A stretch of DNA of 64,000 bases from positions 37,448,001 to 37,512,000 of the forward strand of contig NC_134482.1 in assembly GCF_964194025.1 (NCBI RefSeq), in the 5' to 3' direction. Positions 46,901 to 61,158 of the stretch are shown piece after piece. The position numbers were made by a program, and so were the translations under genes. Below the pieces are notes generated by a model. That model was not told the DNA's origin. It searched no databases and saw nothing but the letters and a program-made list of their open reading frames with translations. Each line of letters opens with the position of its first letter. Positions within the stretch are counted from its first letter, which is position 1. Source of the stretch: Convolutriloba macropyga. Its lineage: Eukaryota.

Positions 46901-49900
46901 CCTGTACAATTGATACATGGGTCTAGTCAGTTGAAAATTGTTATGTTGTACCATATTAGTTGTTTTGTGGTGCAAAAATTTTAACACGTTCATGCAATTT
47001 TGAAACCATGATAATTCCTGATGAACAAAAAAGTTTAGCAGTTCTTGCTGTACTGCATGTTGCTGACCATAGAAAACTCACTTGGAAATATTAATTTTTC
47101 TGGCAATTTTGTAAATGGTTTTTCAATAAAGTTCTTCTTCTTCTTCAATGGGCCTTTAGCTCGCCTATAATGACAATTTTTCTCGGGCGCAGAAGATGGC
47201 TCGTTTATGTAAGAGATAGTGGCGCGTCTATATTGCAGAGTTTTGTGCGTATTTGGAAGTGATTATGGCTCATCTAAGTGCGAACTTTGGCTCAACTGCA
47301 AGGTCTCGTGCATTTATAGTGCTCGTTAAAAAGATTCTGCGCCTTGCATGCTTGAACGCACCATACCCCCTGCGTACGTTCATAAATGGTATGCGTCAAA
47401 AAAAGAAGAAGCGAAAACTTCCTAAAAAATCTTGTTTTCCTTCAGATACAACACTAAAAATGAAAACAAAAATTCTTTCATTATCCGGTTTGTCTTTTCC
47501 AATATTGCGCAATGAATAATCTTATTTTTTGAGAATTTTTTTGTCATCCGAACTTTCTTATCAAATATTAGACAATAGAAAAGGGTGTATCAGCACCTTT
47601 CTTTCGCACGATGACTTATCAGATCAAGCAAGGTATAAAACGTCTCAAGGGATAACTAAATCGTCACGAGCAAATTTGCCCGATCTGTGTAACTGTTGTT
47701 CGTTTTTCCTACGTTAATACTTTGAAAAAGGATCAATTTTGCAACAATTGGATACTTTAGTGAAAAAAAAAAACAGTGCAAATCGAAGGGAATTGCGCGA
47801 CCCGTGTTTGCAAAGGTATCCAAATTTTAACCGCTAAATTGAGTTACGAGCTGTGAATCCTATCTTTCCAGCGCTGTGTACCTCGAATCTGTCCAATTTA
47901 TCTATACCTTTTTCGCACCCAATGTATCTCAAATTTGTATAAATGTATCAAACTTTGTTGCAATGAATGTATTTACAATCCGCATTTAAACCTAATTGAT
48001 TGCACGTTTTTGAGACTGTAGAAGTAGGTTGACTCCTTAATAATTGATAGCAATGAACCAGCTAAAAGTGGTTTCCAGGTTAATAAAATACCATTTCGTA
48101 TCAACTTCATGGTTTTTCATGCTTTTATTTAAACTCAGTCATCATCATTTTGAGATAATTTTCTGAAAACTTGAATTAAAACTTAAGTTCTGATAAATCT
48201 TTTAGTTTCACTTTAGAAATATCTTAAAAAAACAATTAACTGATATTCTCGGTCGTTGCCTCACTATTCCTTCGTGGCCATCAGGCCTTCATTTGTATTC
48301 AGGCGTCATTGTTTTCACATAACACTATTAAATTTGAAAAAAAACTAATTTCCGAAATATCCCAAGGTTTCAATAAAGGATAAAGCAGAAAGAAATTACC
48401 ATCAACAGAGATTTTTGATCGTCGCCCTGCTAAATCAGCAATTTTTTTCATCTTTAAAACAAAAGTTTTGCCTCTAGCAAGCTTATAACTCCTCTTGTTC
48501 GTCCTTAACAAGATAATTAGGGTAGAGGACTACATGTGAATTGATTACTGTTTTTATTACAAAGTTCAATTTAATGAGGAATTCGCAATTGCTATTATCA
48601 AATTAATTTGTGAATTTGAGTTTAGGGAATATTATTGTCGTCTATTTACAAGTTTAGAGGTGTCTAACCAATTTTATTGAAAAAATCCGCAATTCTGCGT
48701 CTGGTTCAGATGTTCATTATTTTTTTTCCAAAAAATTCCTCTGTTTTGCAACTATTTTTGGCGTCTATTTACAAATTTACTGTGTCTAATATGTCTAATG
48801 TGTCTAATAAAATTTGATACAATACTTTGTTGCGTCTATTTACAGGTTTACGGGCGTCTAATAATTTTTTGCGTCTATTTTTATGTTTACAGCTTTCTAT
48901 TATTTTTTCCGATCTACTGTTTTAGCTCCACCCCAATGCTGTTGCGCCCCTGATTACAATTTATATGTTTTTATATAACACGTTGCCATATAAAAAATAG
49001 CACGTGCGCTTGGGGGCGCATAAGAAAAAAACCCATGGGGGTGTTCAAACAGAATAGATCTCTTTTGTTTAAATCATCCGTCCATTCTGCTCTATTTTCT
49101 CTCCCCTCTGTCTCTCTCTCTCTCTCTCTCTAAATAATAGTTCAGGAAGCAGCTATTTACAGATGCTTACAGATATTTACAAAACTACCACAAATAAAAA
49201 CATAATCGTCGTGTCAATAATTCTACTTTTAAGTCACTTTGAAATGTTTTAATAACTTTTGAAAGCTCAATTAATAAAGCTTCAAATCACTTTGCATGCT
49301 CAATTAATAAAGCTTTCTGCACTAAAGCGCGCGTTTGATTAGGCTAAATCCCGGATTAGAGATACTTTTTTTGCGAAAAATGGATACCTAATATGAGCGA
49401 AAACCCGCTACAAGACTTGTCCCCTTTTTTACATTTTTAAAGTATCTCAGTTTCGCAGAAAAGGCTAAACCCCGATTTGCGAAAAGCAAAATACAAAGCT
49501 TGTCTCCCATTTTTATATTTGATGGATTTTTTTCGCGCGACTTTTACTAAGGTGGAAACTTTGGCTCATACCTCTGAGTCGTAATGTAAAAAATCTGCGG
49601 AGTGCGACAACTAGAGCAAGGGGTCTCTGGGGCAGGGAGGCAAGAGACCAATTTATACTGATTTCTAATATAAAATACCAATCCTTTTTCAGCAATCAAC
49701 AATTCTCATTTTCAAAAGACCTGACCCTTGTCAAAAACTTTATGTGCATTTACTGCAACCATATGTGTTGATTGAGGACTTTTAGGTAGAATCAAAAAGG
49801 CTTGGCAATCCATTAACAATTTTAAAATAACTGCGAAAGGTTTGAAAATATCATTACACCGCAGAGGTATACCCCAAAATTTCCACATTAGTAAAATTGG

Positions 49901-52900
49901 CTCGAAAATTAGATACATACATTGAACGAAATTAGGAGACATCCTTTGTATCTTACTTTTGGCAAAAGGGGTTCCTCCAATTTTGCAAAAGACAAGAAAA
50001 TTCGGATCGAAAAGTAGGTTACAAGTCTTGTAGCCCGTTTCCGCTCAATTTAGGTATCTATTATTCGCATTAAAAGTATCTCAAATAGTATCAAAAATAG
50101 GTTATAAGGTTTGTACTTGTATTTCGCGGCTAGGATTAGGACACTTTTGCGAACACAGTTTGCTAATTTCCCTTCCCTTTTGCCGGTTTCTGCTAAAGTA
50201 GCTATTCCGCAATTTTGTTCCATTTTCAATGTATTAACATAGTAAAAACGAACACGCGATACACGCATCGGGCATATCTGCCCGTGACGATTTGGGTATA
50301 CCTCTGCGGTTTAATGTCAACATTTTTGATGATACGAAACCAGAAAAGAGTAAGTTTCGTGTATATCTTATCAGAATTGATTTCTCACTCGTTGAGGTAG
50401 AAAGCGAACACTGGTCTGTCAATCACACCCGTCTTGTAGGCTTTCAGAATCCATGTATCCCCGTGGTTGGCAGAAAGCGAGGGGAAGGCGAGACCAAAAA
50501 CCCCATCGAACTCATTGTCGTTCATGTTCGTTATGCTCAGTGTCTCTACAAAAGGTTGTCTCTTCACACACACTTCGCCCACGCAAACTTTGTCTTGATT
50601 GAGGAGTCCACGGATGATACCCTGGACGTACTGGATCTGGACCTGGAGAAATGCCAGTTCTGGAGGTCATATAGTCAGTATTTAGACAGTCAATATTTAT
50701 AAGGTAATATAGTCAGGTACAATTAGAGATATACGAAAAACAGTTTGTACAAAATAGATTTGGAAATTTATGTCATGATGTCATGATGTCATGATTTCTG
50801 TGTAACCTGATTTAAGACTCATAAAAGCTTCTTAATTGTCTCCATATCCGTTCATTTCCTCTTATGCTTTCATTCTAGTTATTAGTCTAAACGAATTAAT
50901 ACCATTATACTATTGTTTAACCCAGTACTAACACTAATCATTTAAGAGGACAGATGTATATCTAAATAAAATCTAAGTTCGGATTTCACTCCTAAAAATT
51001 TTAACGAATTTCGACTGCTGTGAAAAAAAAGGCTCGCAATATTCCAAAAGGAATCGCCAGTTGAGGTGCCATCTGGAAGAGACCGCTCCAGGTGAAAGTA
51101 ACCTCTGATCAGACCCTCCCAGACCAAACAATCCTCTGATCAGGCTTAAGTGCGATCGAAACACCATGTGCGCTCCAAGTGTGCTCGAAACTATCTCTAA
51201 TCAGACCTTTCCAGACAGAAATGACATCTGATGAGACCGAAATCAGTTAATTACCAGACGATTGTGCAAGCATGGCCCAGAACAAACCCAGACCGTAGTC
51301 CAGACGATTGTTCGCTCATAATCACTTCTGATCAGACTATTCTGCGCGCAAAATTCACACCTGATCAGACTATTATGCGCTCGAAATGACTTCTGATCAG
51401 ACTCAATTGCGATCGAAATAGTCGGATCAGTCCATGGTTTTCACTATGAACGAATGTCTTTAATTTTGTGGGTCTTTCCCATTATAGCCCCAAAGAAATT
51501 ATAGCCCCCCATTATGGTATCATTACCATGTTTGGGAGGGGGGCTATAGGTTATCTGACCACTAAGCTGGGGGGGAGCCATAATGGGAAAGACCCAATTT
51601 TGTTTTAATAAATTCATTTCACAAAAATTGATGCTTGAATTATTAAATTTATCTAAAGAAAACACCTCTCTAAAATTATTGCTAAAGATTAAAAAAAACC
51701 GAGCTGCTGAGAAAAATATTATTTTGTACACCATTAGTGCATATTTCGAACCCGATGGATGAAATCAGACGGCTTTCCATATAAAGCATCGTGTTCTACA
51801 GTTAGTCAAAATTTCTTTTAAGGGAACCCGCATTTTCGATCAGCTGGAACTCTTTGGTTCTGATCAAAGCCATCAGACTCTAGATGTGTCTGCGACCAGA
51901 ATGCTGCTTTTTGTTGCCTCTTGACAGAGCCAACATCTCTCGGTAGGATTTGGTTCGAGCGCACAATAGTATGATCAGAGGTCACTTCGGTCTGGCAATG
52001 GTATGATCAGAGGTCACTTCGGTCTGGGAATGGTATGATCAGAGGTCACTTCAGTCGTGGAATGGTATGATCAGAGGTCAATTCGGTCTGGGTATGGTAC
52101 GATCAGAGGTCACTTCGGTCTGGGAATGGTATGATCAGAGGTCACTTCAGTCGTGGAATGGTATGATCAGAGGTCAATTCGGTCTGGGTATGGTACGATC
52201 AGAGGTCACTTCAGGATGGAAATGGTCCGATCAGAGGCGGATTGAAGCGCACATTAGTCTGGTCAGAGGAGATTTTGAGCGCAATTGGGTCTGATCAGAG
52301 AGCATTTCGTGCGGAATTTTTTTTTGGAAATTTTTTGTTTTTTTTTCCAGATCCTGTAATTTTGGTTTGGAAACGCACCGTGTGCGTTGGACTTGGTCTG
52401 ATCAAAGGTCACTTCCGGAGGGCACCTCAACGTGGAAACTAATGGAAAATTCTTTCGATACCCGTGTTGAACACACCCCCAAAAAGAACCAAATGGAAAA
52501 TACTCCCTCGCCTATAGAAATCCACCAAAACAAAGTGAGAGCGGGGGGTCTATGAGAAGTTATGATGGGGCTTTTTTATTTCATCCCCTATTTTACAACA
52601 ATAAAAAGATGTAAGAGTGGGAACCAATGGGGGAAACGGGAAAAGTAAAATTTAATCTCCTATTAAAAACTTCCTGAAGATGATAATCACTTTTCTTCCA
52701 CCCCATTTGAAACTGGAGGAGTGCATCCTGTCAAACTGGGTGTGCAGCTTGCATTCCAGACACGAGACGGGAGATGCCAGAGATGGTATCCAGATATCAG
52801 AGGATCCAGTATCGAACACCACTGTGAAGTTCTGAGGGGGGCTTCCTATCTTTACGTCTCCAAAATACTGCACCTGTAGACGGAAAAACTACATGAATTT

Positions 52901-55900
52901 GAGCACTTATAGCGTAGCCATGAACGTAAAAAACGGAAAGTTGACAAAACTGAGGTCCAGACCGAAATCAAGTATGCCAGAACCTCCCAAACGTAATGTG
53001 TCTGTATCCAGACTTTCATGTGGTCTCCAGACTTTCGTTCAGACGTCGTGCTATTTTCGATGTTTCCAAGCTAGGTAATTTTGGCCCCTCGTGCATTCAT
53101 CTTCGGTCTGGACATAATTGAACTTGTCTGAGACCTCAACCTGTGTGAGTGGCGGAAAGATTTATTTGTAGTAACTAAATCTGGTTAATTTATCGTGTTA
53201 TCAATAACATTCTCCCTCAAATCTGATAACTAACGACAAAGTAATTTTTTCATAAAACATAAAAACTAGCAGCGTCTAGGTAAATAGTTTTCTCGAAGAG
53301 AGCCCATGAAAAAGATTCTAATTATTTATATAATCCTTTTATCAAATCCAAACTTTCATATATGATGACCCTAGCATGAAATCTAAGAAATCATTGATCA
53401 GCCATCCATGAAACGTAAGATGCAATGCTTAAAAAATGTATGATGTTTGTATGAGATGAAATAAATTATATTTGATCCTAGTATGAAACCAAAAAAATTG
53501 ATACGATCCTGATATGAAACTAAAACATCATTTATGATCCTTCTATGAAAAGAAAAAAATCGCATTGATTTTGATGGATGGCACTGAAGAAGTGAATGTT
53601 TGTCACGATAGAAATTAGTCCAACAGATTTGATAAAACCAACTTTAGCTGAAAAGTAACTGGATTTTTCTCAAAAATTATGAACATCAAAAATTTTTACT
53701 GAGTTTCCGGTGTTTTCTGGAATTTTATTATTCTCAATTTTTTAATTAAAACAAAAACCTAATAAAATGCTTCATTATTTTTAATTCTCGCAATTTATTT
53801 CGCCAGCATCAACGCTTCAGATTGAGTACTAAGTAATTAGAAGATCTAGAAACATTGTAATAAATGTTTCAGCAGGACTTAGTTGTAATTGTAAGCTCAA
53901 CTTGGAGATATAGATTGAATTAAGCAAATCGGCAGATTGCATCAGCAACTAAAAAACTGTTATAAGTTACAGATTGTTTACGAGTTTCTATTGATTATTG
54001 AAAAGTTATTGCCTCTGAAAAATATGTATTAAAGAAACTCAACCTCTTTCAATGAATTGATAAAGGCATTACTTTGACAGGAGTTGTTAAATATATTAGC
54101 GCAAGGACTTTGTTTTTTAAAAATTATTTTGTAGGTTTGAGAAACCAAATTTAGAGACAAGCGAGTGATATGATTGGCAAATTCTGAAAAAATAGTTTTG
54201 TAAAAGTTTTTTTCAACATTTGACTTTTCTGAGCAGCAAGTAGATTTTCAAAACGTAAATAAAAATATTTTGAAGCTGATTGATTGAGGAAAAAGATGTA
54301 AATTTGTTCTGAATGTCAACTCACATTTAAAAATTTCAATCTAGCTGAATTTATCACTCATTTTGCACTCTCGCTTTCTTAGCGACTTTCAGCGAATGAG
54401 AGAACTTCTGTTGGTGTTTGTTTTTTTTGTCATATATCAGCGAAGAATGATTGGTCTTAAAGCGCATGAGAGACTGCAGATAGTTTTGGATCAGAAGTCA
54501 TTTTTTTAGCCTATATCAGAGTTCACTGAAAGCAAACTAAAGTTCTCAACAAAGTACAACGCTATTTTCGCCTTGTTTGGAACAGTCTAGGAGGCTCTAA
54601 CAACAGAGCAACAGAGAGGTTCGATATTTGTGTTTGCATCTAATGTCAGGGAAGGTTGATCCATATTTTTGATGAGAGACGTTCGAATGAGAGACGTTCA
54701 CCAAATGAAGAGACGTTCGAAACAAAATATTTGAGCGAAAAAGATTAGAAACCCAAACTATTTAATAAATTAAATAAAATACTGGCGTACTAAAGCACTC
54801 GTGAGAACTGCTAATATCAAGACTACGGAATAAAACAAACAGTAAATGAAACCAAAAGAAAAAACTTCAAAAACGGCAAAAACTCAATTTATAAATTCTT
54901 AAAACACTTATTATTAAAGTCAAAGTACCATCATATAAAAACTAAACGCCACAATTTACTTGTCTTTGACTAGGAAGCAGATGGGACTTGTCCTTAAGGG
55001 TCTAAGTAACAAATCAACAAGTAGAAAAGAGAGCAAAACTTAAAAAAAGTTTTTGACAACAAATACATTAGAAGGTTAAAGGAACCACTAACTTCTATTT
55101 AAAAATTACTCTATATAATTACATACAATTGAGAAGACATTGGGGTCAGTCGTTGAGACTAAGTCATTGGACAGGAGAAAGAAAATGACAACAGATACAG
55201 AAACAAACAAAAAAGAAAACATTTTGCAGAACCACAAAATTCTGAAACTATCAATACCATTACTTATTAACTAAGTGTTATACATTTTTAATTCAGTTAT
55301 TATACAGAATATTTAAATGAAAATATAACTGAAAGTCTACAAGGTCACTTGGGTTTAAATCAATGGGAGCAGTTATTAAAGGGAAACTTTTCTCAGCCAA
55401 ATTTTTTGAATATTCCTGGTGTCCGAATCAGAAATCGGCTGTATCATCGAAACCAGCAAAATGTTACAGTTTCTTTTTCAAAAAATGAGCAGGGCCTAAC
55501 AATGATGGCAACAAGTTATAAGTTGACAAAAAGAGAAAAAAAAATGTTATGTGCCAAAAATTTCTGAACATCTTTTGAAACAAATATTACAACGATCTGC
55601 AAAAACGTTTAATTGGCTTTCAACTGAAATAAAAAAATCAAATATAACTCAATAGGAAGCTAATGAGACCGATAATTATTCAGAACTTTTCTGCGACTGC
55701 AAATAAATCAACAAATCAAAGCAAAAGAAGACATTTAACAATAACAGCGAAATGCGTCGAAATCTTTTTAAAAATGTTAAGTTATAATGTTGTGTTGCTG
55801 ATAATTTTATCTCGTTTCAATGTCATTTCATGATAATGTGACTTCAAAAAAGGTTAAAAGAGTTGTAACAATCTTACAAAAATAAACATAAAAACAATTT

Positions 55901-57556
55901 GTTAAGAAAACGCATTCTATCGTTTGTTAAGAAAACGCGTCTATAGTCATTAGCTTAGGCTTTGAATATAAAGAAATTCATACATAATTTTTTCAACTCA
56001 AAAAGCAGGCATTAAGATTTGTTGATAACCTATATGTTTTATGATCCCAACAAAGACGGGCAAAAATGTCGAAACCGTAAAAACAATTAATTGGATTTTT
56101 TGCAAAACGTTTGAGTTTTGTTTCAATGAATTTTTTTGAGACGCCAATGGGAACATTGCTGTGATAAAGCGACAGAAAAGAGCCACAATAATGAACAGCA
56201 ACTAAAACAAGCGAACATTTATATGAACAAAATTTTCTAAGAAATAAAATCAATAGCTAAATAATAACTTCTCTAGTTAGACTAATTTTTTTCAGTTGGA
56301 ATCAATATAGGAGCTGTTGTCCTTTGAACCAGGCTAAAATATCCGTGGGACCAAGCTATAATTTACTATTAACTTTTGTTCTTTTCAGTTTTGTTTTGAA
56401 TTATTTACTGTTTTTTTTTTATTTTTTTCCCTTATCTCTTTTGCAAAAATATTTCCTCAAAGTCGCATTAGCCATTTAGAATAAAATGACTGCAATAGAA
56501 ACGTTCACTCATAAAGATAACTTTATTGGGACTCAAAGTGCTCTTTCAATTTTGACACGGGTCATGGGGCAACAAATAATGCAAAATAAAGTGAAAACTA
56601 AAAAGATTCATAAAATATCTTAGAAAACAGGGTATTGAAGCCTTAAACAGCATGCGGTACTCCCTGAAAACAAAATATGTTAAATGGGCATTAGATAAAC
56701 ATAATTGGGTTTTGTAGTTTTTGCGAAATCTTGACTAGAAAACATTTAATAAAAACTGCGGTCCAATAGAGTTCGAATCTTCTTGTAAAATCCCCGAAGA
56801 GAGAAAAACTAGCCTTTTTATTGCTGCATCTTCTATAAATAACCAGTATTTTGTATATATGTTAGCGTAAAATAAACTTTGAAATAGCAATTTAATAATT
56901 ATAAAATACCAAAATATGACGCTAAAAGTGAACAAACAAAATGGCAAATGATCTCAAAACTTAAGCCTCGGTAAATCCAGGAAAAAAAAACAAAAATCAA
57001 ATATGTCTCAAATTCAGATTCTGTTCTTTGTAAAAATTCCACTCACAGCTCTCTACAATGATTATGTCGATCGACCAAAACTTACTGAACAAAGGAAACC
57101 CTGTTGAGCAAATAGTCCCCCCCCCCCCCCACTATTTGATGTTGGAACAAAAATTTTTGCGTGAAATTTTAACTTGGGTTTGTTTAAGTAGAAAAAAACT
57201 TCGGAGCTAAAATCTGTTAAACACTCAGGACTTACATTAATATAATTCTTCAGGGCCTCGTTGAATGAAGTCCGCTCTTTGGTGTCAAAACTGTTATAAT
57301 AATAGTAACTATCATTTGTGCTCTGTGCCGATAATACCATTGTTTGATGCTCAACTTGGGTTCTGAGGAAGGATTTGATGCCAGAGTTGCCAGTTTTCCT
57401 GTTGTCTGTTTTCTCTTCTTTTTCTTTTTTGGGACATCCTTGAGGAGATTTTGCGCATCCCTTGTGTAATTTTACTTTGAAAACAGCTTGTGAAGTTAAA
57501 CTAATCAAAACGCTAAACAGTATAATTTCGATACAAATTATCAAGTTAGCTTTCAT
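42689..57556 (-). CDS. Pepsin-family A1 (cathepsin D/E-like) aspartic protease, copy 2, 443 aa; exons 57556-57236, 52873-52691, 50642-50389, 46274-46123, 44202-44083, 43855-43724, 42858-42689
   Basis: Same exon lengths, phases and catalytic DTG/DSG motifs as copy 1; differences mostly synonymous, with a few replacements in exon 1. Confidence 0.95.
42972..43157. mobile_element. MITE with GGATCTTTTCCGTTT TIRs, present only in the right arm (intron 6)
   Basis: TIRs run into poly-C/poly-G; flanks attttatc / atttttatc; empty site at ~35293 in the left arm. Confidence 0.85.
43912..43952. repeat. (TA)n microsatellite
   Basis: Direct observation; absent from the left arm. Confidence 0.97.
44492..44563 (-). 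pseudogene. tRNA-like / SINE-head counterpart in the right arm
   Basis: A and B boxes both conserved on the minus strand. Confidence 0.55.
49857..50311. mobile_element. MITE-like insertion with CCGCAGAGGTATACCC TIRs, right arm only
   Basis: TIRs at 49859 and ~50294-50309, TA just outside both; absent at the matching left-arm site (~29930-29970); related fragments at ~47650-47830 and ~49390-49500. Confidence 0.6.
51470..51595. mobile_element. Counterpart MITE in the right arm (TSD AATTTTGT)
   Basis: Perfect 16-bp TIRs gggtctttcccattat and TSD at 51462-51469 and 51596-51603. Confidence 0.85.
51970..52237. repeat. 32-bp minisatellite, ~8 units including a 96-bp three-unit duplication
   Basis: Cores at 51972, 52004, 52036, 52068, 52100, 52132, 52164, 52196, 52228. 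Confidence 0.92.
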
Positions 57557-59786
57557 ACTTTTTTGTAGTAAAATAGAGCAAAAATCGACTGCAATATCAA
57601 CAATTCACAAATTTTTTTTTATATGCCAACGTGTCATTTGTTCTTGTTCAATGTTTTGTAATATTGTCGACTTAGTTCTCACAGTGATATTTAATAGCCT
57701 TCAAAACTGCAATCGTAAACGTGTTTTAAAGCATACGAGAAAGCAATGGTTGTTTACAACAATGTTTATCCTTGTTGCTTCAAGTTCTGGATATTTGCCT
57801 TACTGTTTGTTTGGTTTGTTTACCTATTTCTCGACACGCCGTTTCAAAATGACCTTATTGACACAAATTGACACAAAAATTTTGTCAAAATATTAGAAAA
57901 TGCAACTGAATTTCTGCTACAATCAGTAGATTTTCCTTAAAATCAACCCTCTCCCACTTTCACTGCAAGATTGTTGTGTACCGGTGGTTAAAAAGAGAAT
58001 TTGTAATTGTTCGACCAACCTTAGCGGGGGAGGAACAATATGTTCAACAGGTTTTTTCGACGAGTCATAATTTTGTCCGATATATATTCATCGTAGAGAG
58101 TTGCGAGTGGCATCATTAGCAAACTCTCCAGCGTAGAAAATATAATTAGAGAGATTTTATTTTGATTTTGGTTATTTTTGTCGAGGTTTAAATTTTCGTG
58201 AACATTTTTCTGATTTCCGTTGTTTCATATTTTCCAAATTTGGTTTCGTCGATTTCGCTATTGATTAGTTAAAATTGATAACGACAGTTTTATTAGTTTT
58301 ACATGTATAGATATAAGAGTGTTGTTGAACGGTTTGTTTAAATTTTTGGGTAAATTTTTGTTTAAGTTTTTCCAAAAGCAGACTTTTTACTAAAAACATG
58401 GCACCAAAATTGAATTTTAACCAACTTTGTTTAAATTTGCAGGAAAAGCAATTCTAGAAACCTCAAAAGCAACCTTCTCAAAACCAAAGAGTTTTAATAG
58501 TACTTCCATTTCTTATGAGAGGGCTTTAAATTTCAATTCTTGCTGTTTTGTTGCAGGTTTAATTCATTTAACTAATTTAAACTATTGGTAATTTTTGATA
58601 TCATGATCTCTGATGTCAGATTATCTAATTCACCAGCGTTTGAAGCAAGTACTTGTGTTTGATGGATGAGCAGCAATAGCAAGACTAGTATATGTCTAGT
58701 TGAATTCTTTACCAAACAAAAATCCTTCGGATTATATTGATGCGCTGTTTTAATTTAAGAAAAGCTATTATCGCTTTTTTGTTTCTTTTTATGTATATTA
58801 AAGACTATTAAAAATTGAAAGTGAAGTTCGATTAACTTATTTTATTTTTCTTATGCAAATTTCATACTCATATGAATTCAACACTGCGTTAGAGTAAAAT
58901 TGATTACGAAAGTTTCAGGTCTGCAAATACTTGTTTTTATTTTGCAGTCTTATGACTTAGTCTCATATTCTACTGGTCCACGGGAGTTGCAAGCTAATTT
59001 AAATATATCTCACTGGAATTTTTAGTCATATCTTTTTGTTTGCTATGACTTTTAAAAAGTTGTTCTCAAAAAAGTTTTTACGCTCTCCTCAATTGGAAAA
59101 AAACTTCAGCTCCCCTCATTTCTGTTTTTTTATTATTATTATATTGTTCTTTGGCTTTGACAGTAAGAGTTCTCATTTTTTGGATATTTGCCTGTTTTCC
59201 CTTTTTGAGTTCGAATTTGATTTTTTTTTCACATTATACCTGTGATGGCAGGTCAAATAACACAATAACTTTGTTGAGAGTAGGCGCAATGGGATATATC
59301 TTTTGCTTTTGGAATGATTTTAATTTTAACAAATTAGACGATGCTACCTTGCACGCAATTTAATTTTTTTTTATTTTGCCGGTTTTTGTCGTTTGATTTG
59401 CACTCGTGTGACATTTTCTGCATGATGAATGATCTCATCGGTTTCGTACGAATTAATAAGCGAACCTATTTGGAATTTCTTTTGACAGCTATGGGTTTCC
59501 ATAATTTCAAAACTAATTAGTTGAAAAAAATTCTATTAAAATGAGCCTATTAATTTCAAATATAAACCAAAGTTTTTTTTACGTGTTGCCCAGTGTCGCT
59601 AATCAAAAGTCCAATTGACTTCCCATGGAATTAAAATTTATTTCATCTAGTTGTATTGTTTTTTAATGCTCATGGTCGTTATGACTTCACTTCAAAAGTA
59701 CATGAAGAAAGTACATGACTCCAATAGAACGGTCACATGCTCTTTCTACTGAAATAAGATTTTTCCTATGCGGCTTTTTGCTTCAT

Positions 59787-59921
59787 TTCTAGAGTTGTTG
59801 GCATTGATACTACGATTTTTCTTATTCTTTCATTTTAAATATATATTTTCACATTTCTAGAGTTGTTGGCATTGATACTACGATTTTTCTTATTTTTTCA
59901 TTTTAAATATATATTTTCACA
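59787..59921. repeat. ~67-bp tandem duplication
   Basis: tttctagagttgttggcattgatactacgatttttc...atattttcaca occurs twice. Confidence 0.9.
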
Positions 59922-60310
59922 ATCATAAATTTTTTTTCATATTCCCGTTTTTATTTTTCAATTTGCTCAAAAGTTGTTTTTCAAAAATTTGGTTGATTTT
60001 CTTTTTTTTTGTTTAGTGTTTCGTTTAGTGTTTCGCGTTTAAAGCATTTTGTTTCAGTCATACAACAAATCTCTCTTATAAATTTCTGCTCGAAAACGGT
60101 TTAAATAAACTTTGAAACAACAGAAAAGGTCTATTCTTGTCAACCGCTGACCTTTTGCACGAAACGGGGACAAAATATATTTCACATCAATAACCAGGGT
60201 ATACAGTGGACCAAAGTCCCTAAACTGAAAGAGTGTGAAATGAATTTAGGTTCAGGTCCCAAAACGCAAAGCCAAAACAACCTCTAATAAGAGCTAATCC
60301 CTGTGTTCAC

Positions 60311-61158
60311 TTCTGATCATAACATCTCCAGCCTTTTTAACTGATATGTATTTCGAGCCTTGAGCATGGAACAATTGGGAACAATGTAATTTGAGCCATG
60401 GAAAATTTTGAGTCAAGGAACGTGGATTGATCAGAAGTTGTTTGTGTTCGGGACCTCAGCGTAGAAAATCAAAATGAAGAAAAGGTATTTTAATGCTTAC
60501 ATTACGTTAAAAATACATTTGCTCACACGCAGTGTTACTACCGAGTCAACTTTACAGGGTAAAGGTAGCAGTTTTAGTCCAGTGTAGACAAAAAATTAAC
60601 CTTGAAAAGGTCAGTTTGTTTTGTGAGTTCTAATCACGAAATCAATCCGGATCAACCAATCATTTTGATTGCGCATCAGGCCGGATAATGCTCAATGGTC
60701 TGAATTTGGTCTGATCAGAAGACAATTTGTACTGAGACAATCTGACTCACAGGTCGTCTTTGAACCTCGAACTGGGAGTTGCTTTTGTTCATTAATAATA
60801 TTCATTACAATCAAAATTTTTACCTATTTTCTAAGACCTGGAATGTGTGTGTCTAGTTTAAAGAGAATTCGACTTATCATCAGCGTCTTCTGTTACACAA
60901 ATATAAAAAAAAATACATTTTTTTGCAGTCCGGTTGATACCCGGACTAAATTCAATTCTGATCACAACATCTCCAGACATATTAACTGATATGTATTGTG
61001 AGCCTGGAACATGGAACATTTGGGAAAATTGTATTTTGATCCATGGAACATTTTAAGCCATGAAACGTGATTTGATCAGAAGTTGTTTGTGTTCGGGACC
61101 CCAGCATGGAAAGCTAGAATGAAAAAAAAGGTGTTTAATGCTTCTATTACGTTAAAAA
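60311..61158. repeat. Pair of ~205-bp direct repeats (60311-60512, 60956-61158)
   Basis: tctgatca(t/c)aacatctccag...tgatcagaagttgtttgtgttcgggacc...attacgttaaaaa occurs twice. Confidence 0.8.

Noticed and set aside
51970-52237. CRISPR-like regularly spaced repeats
   Set aside because: Whole 32-bp units repeat with no unique spacers, no cas genes are nearby, and the context is a eukaryotic intron; it is a minisatellite.
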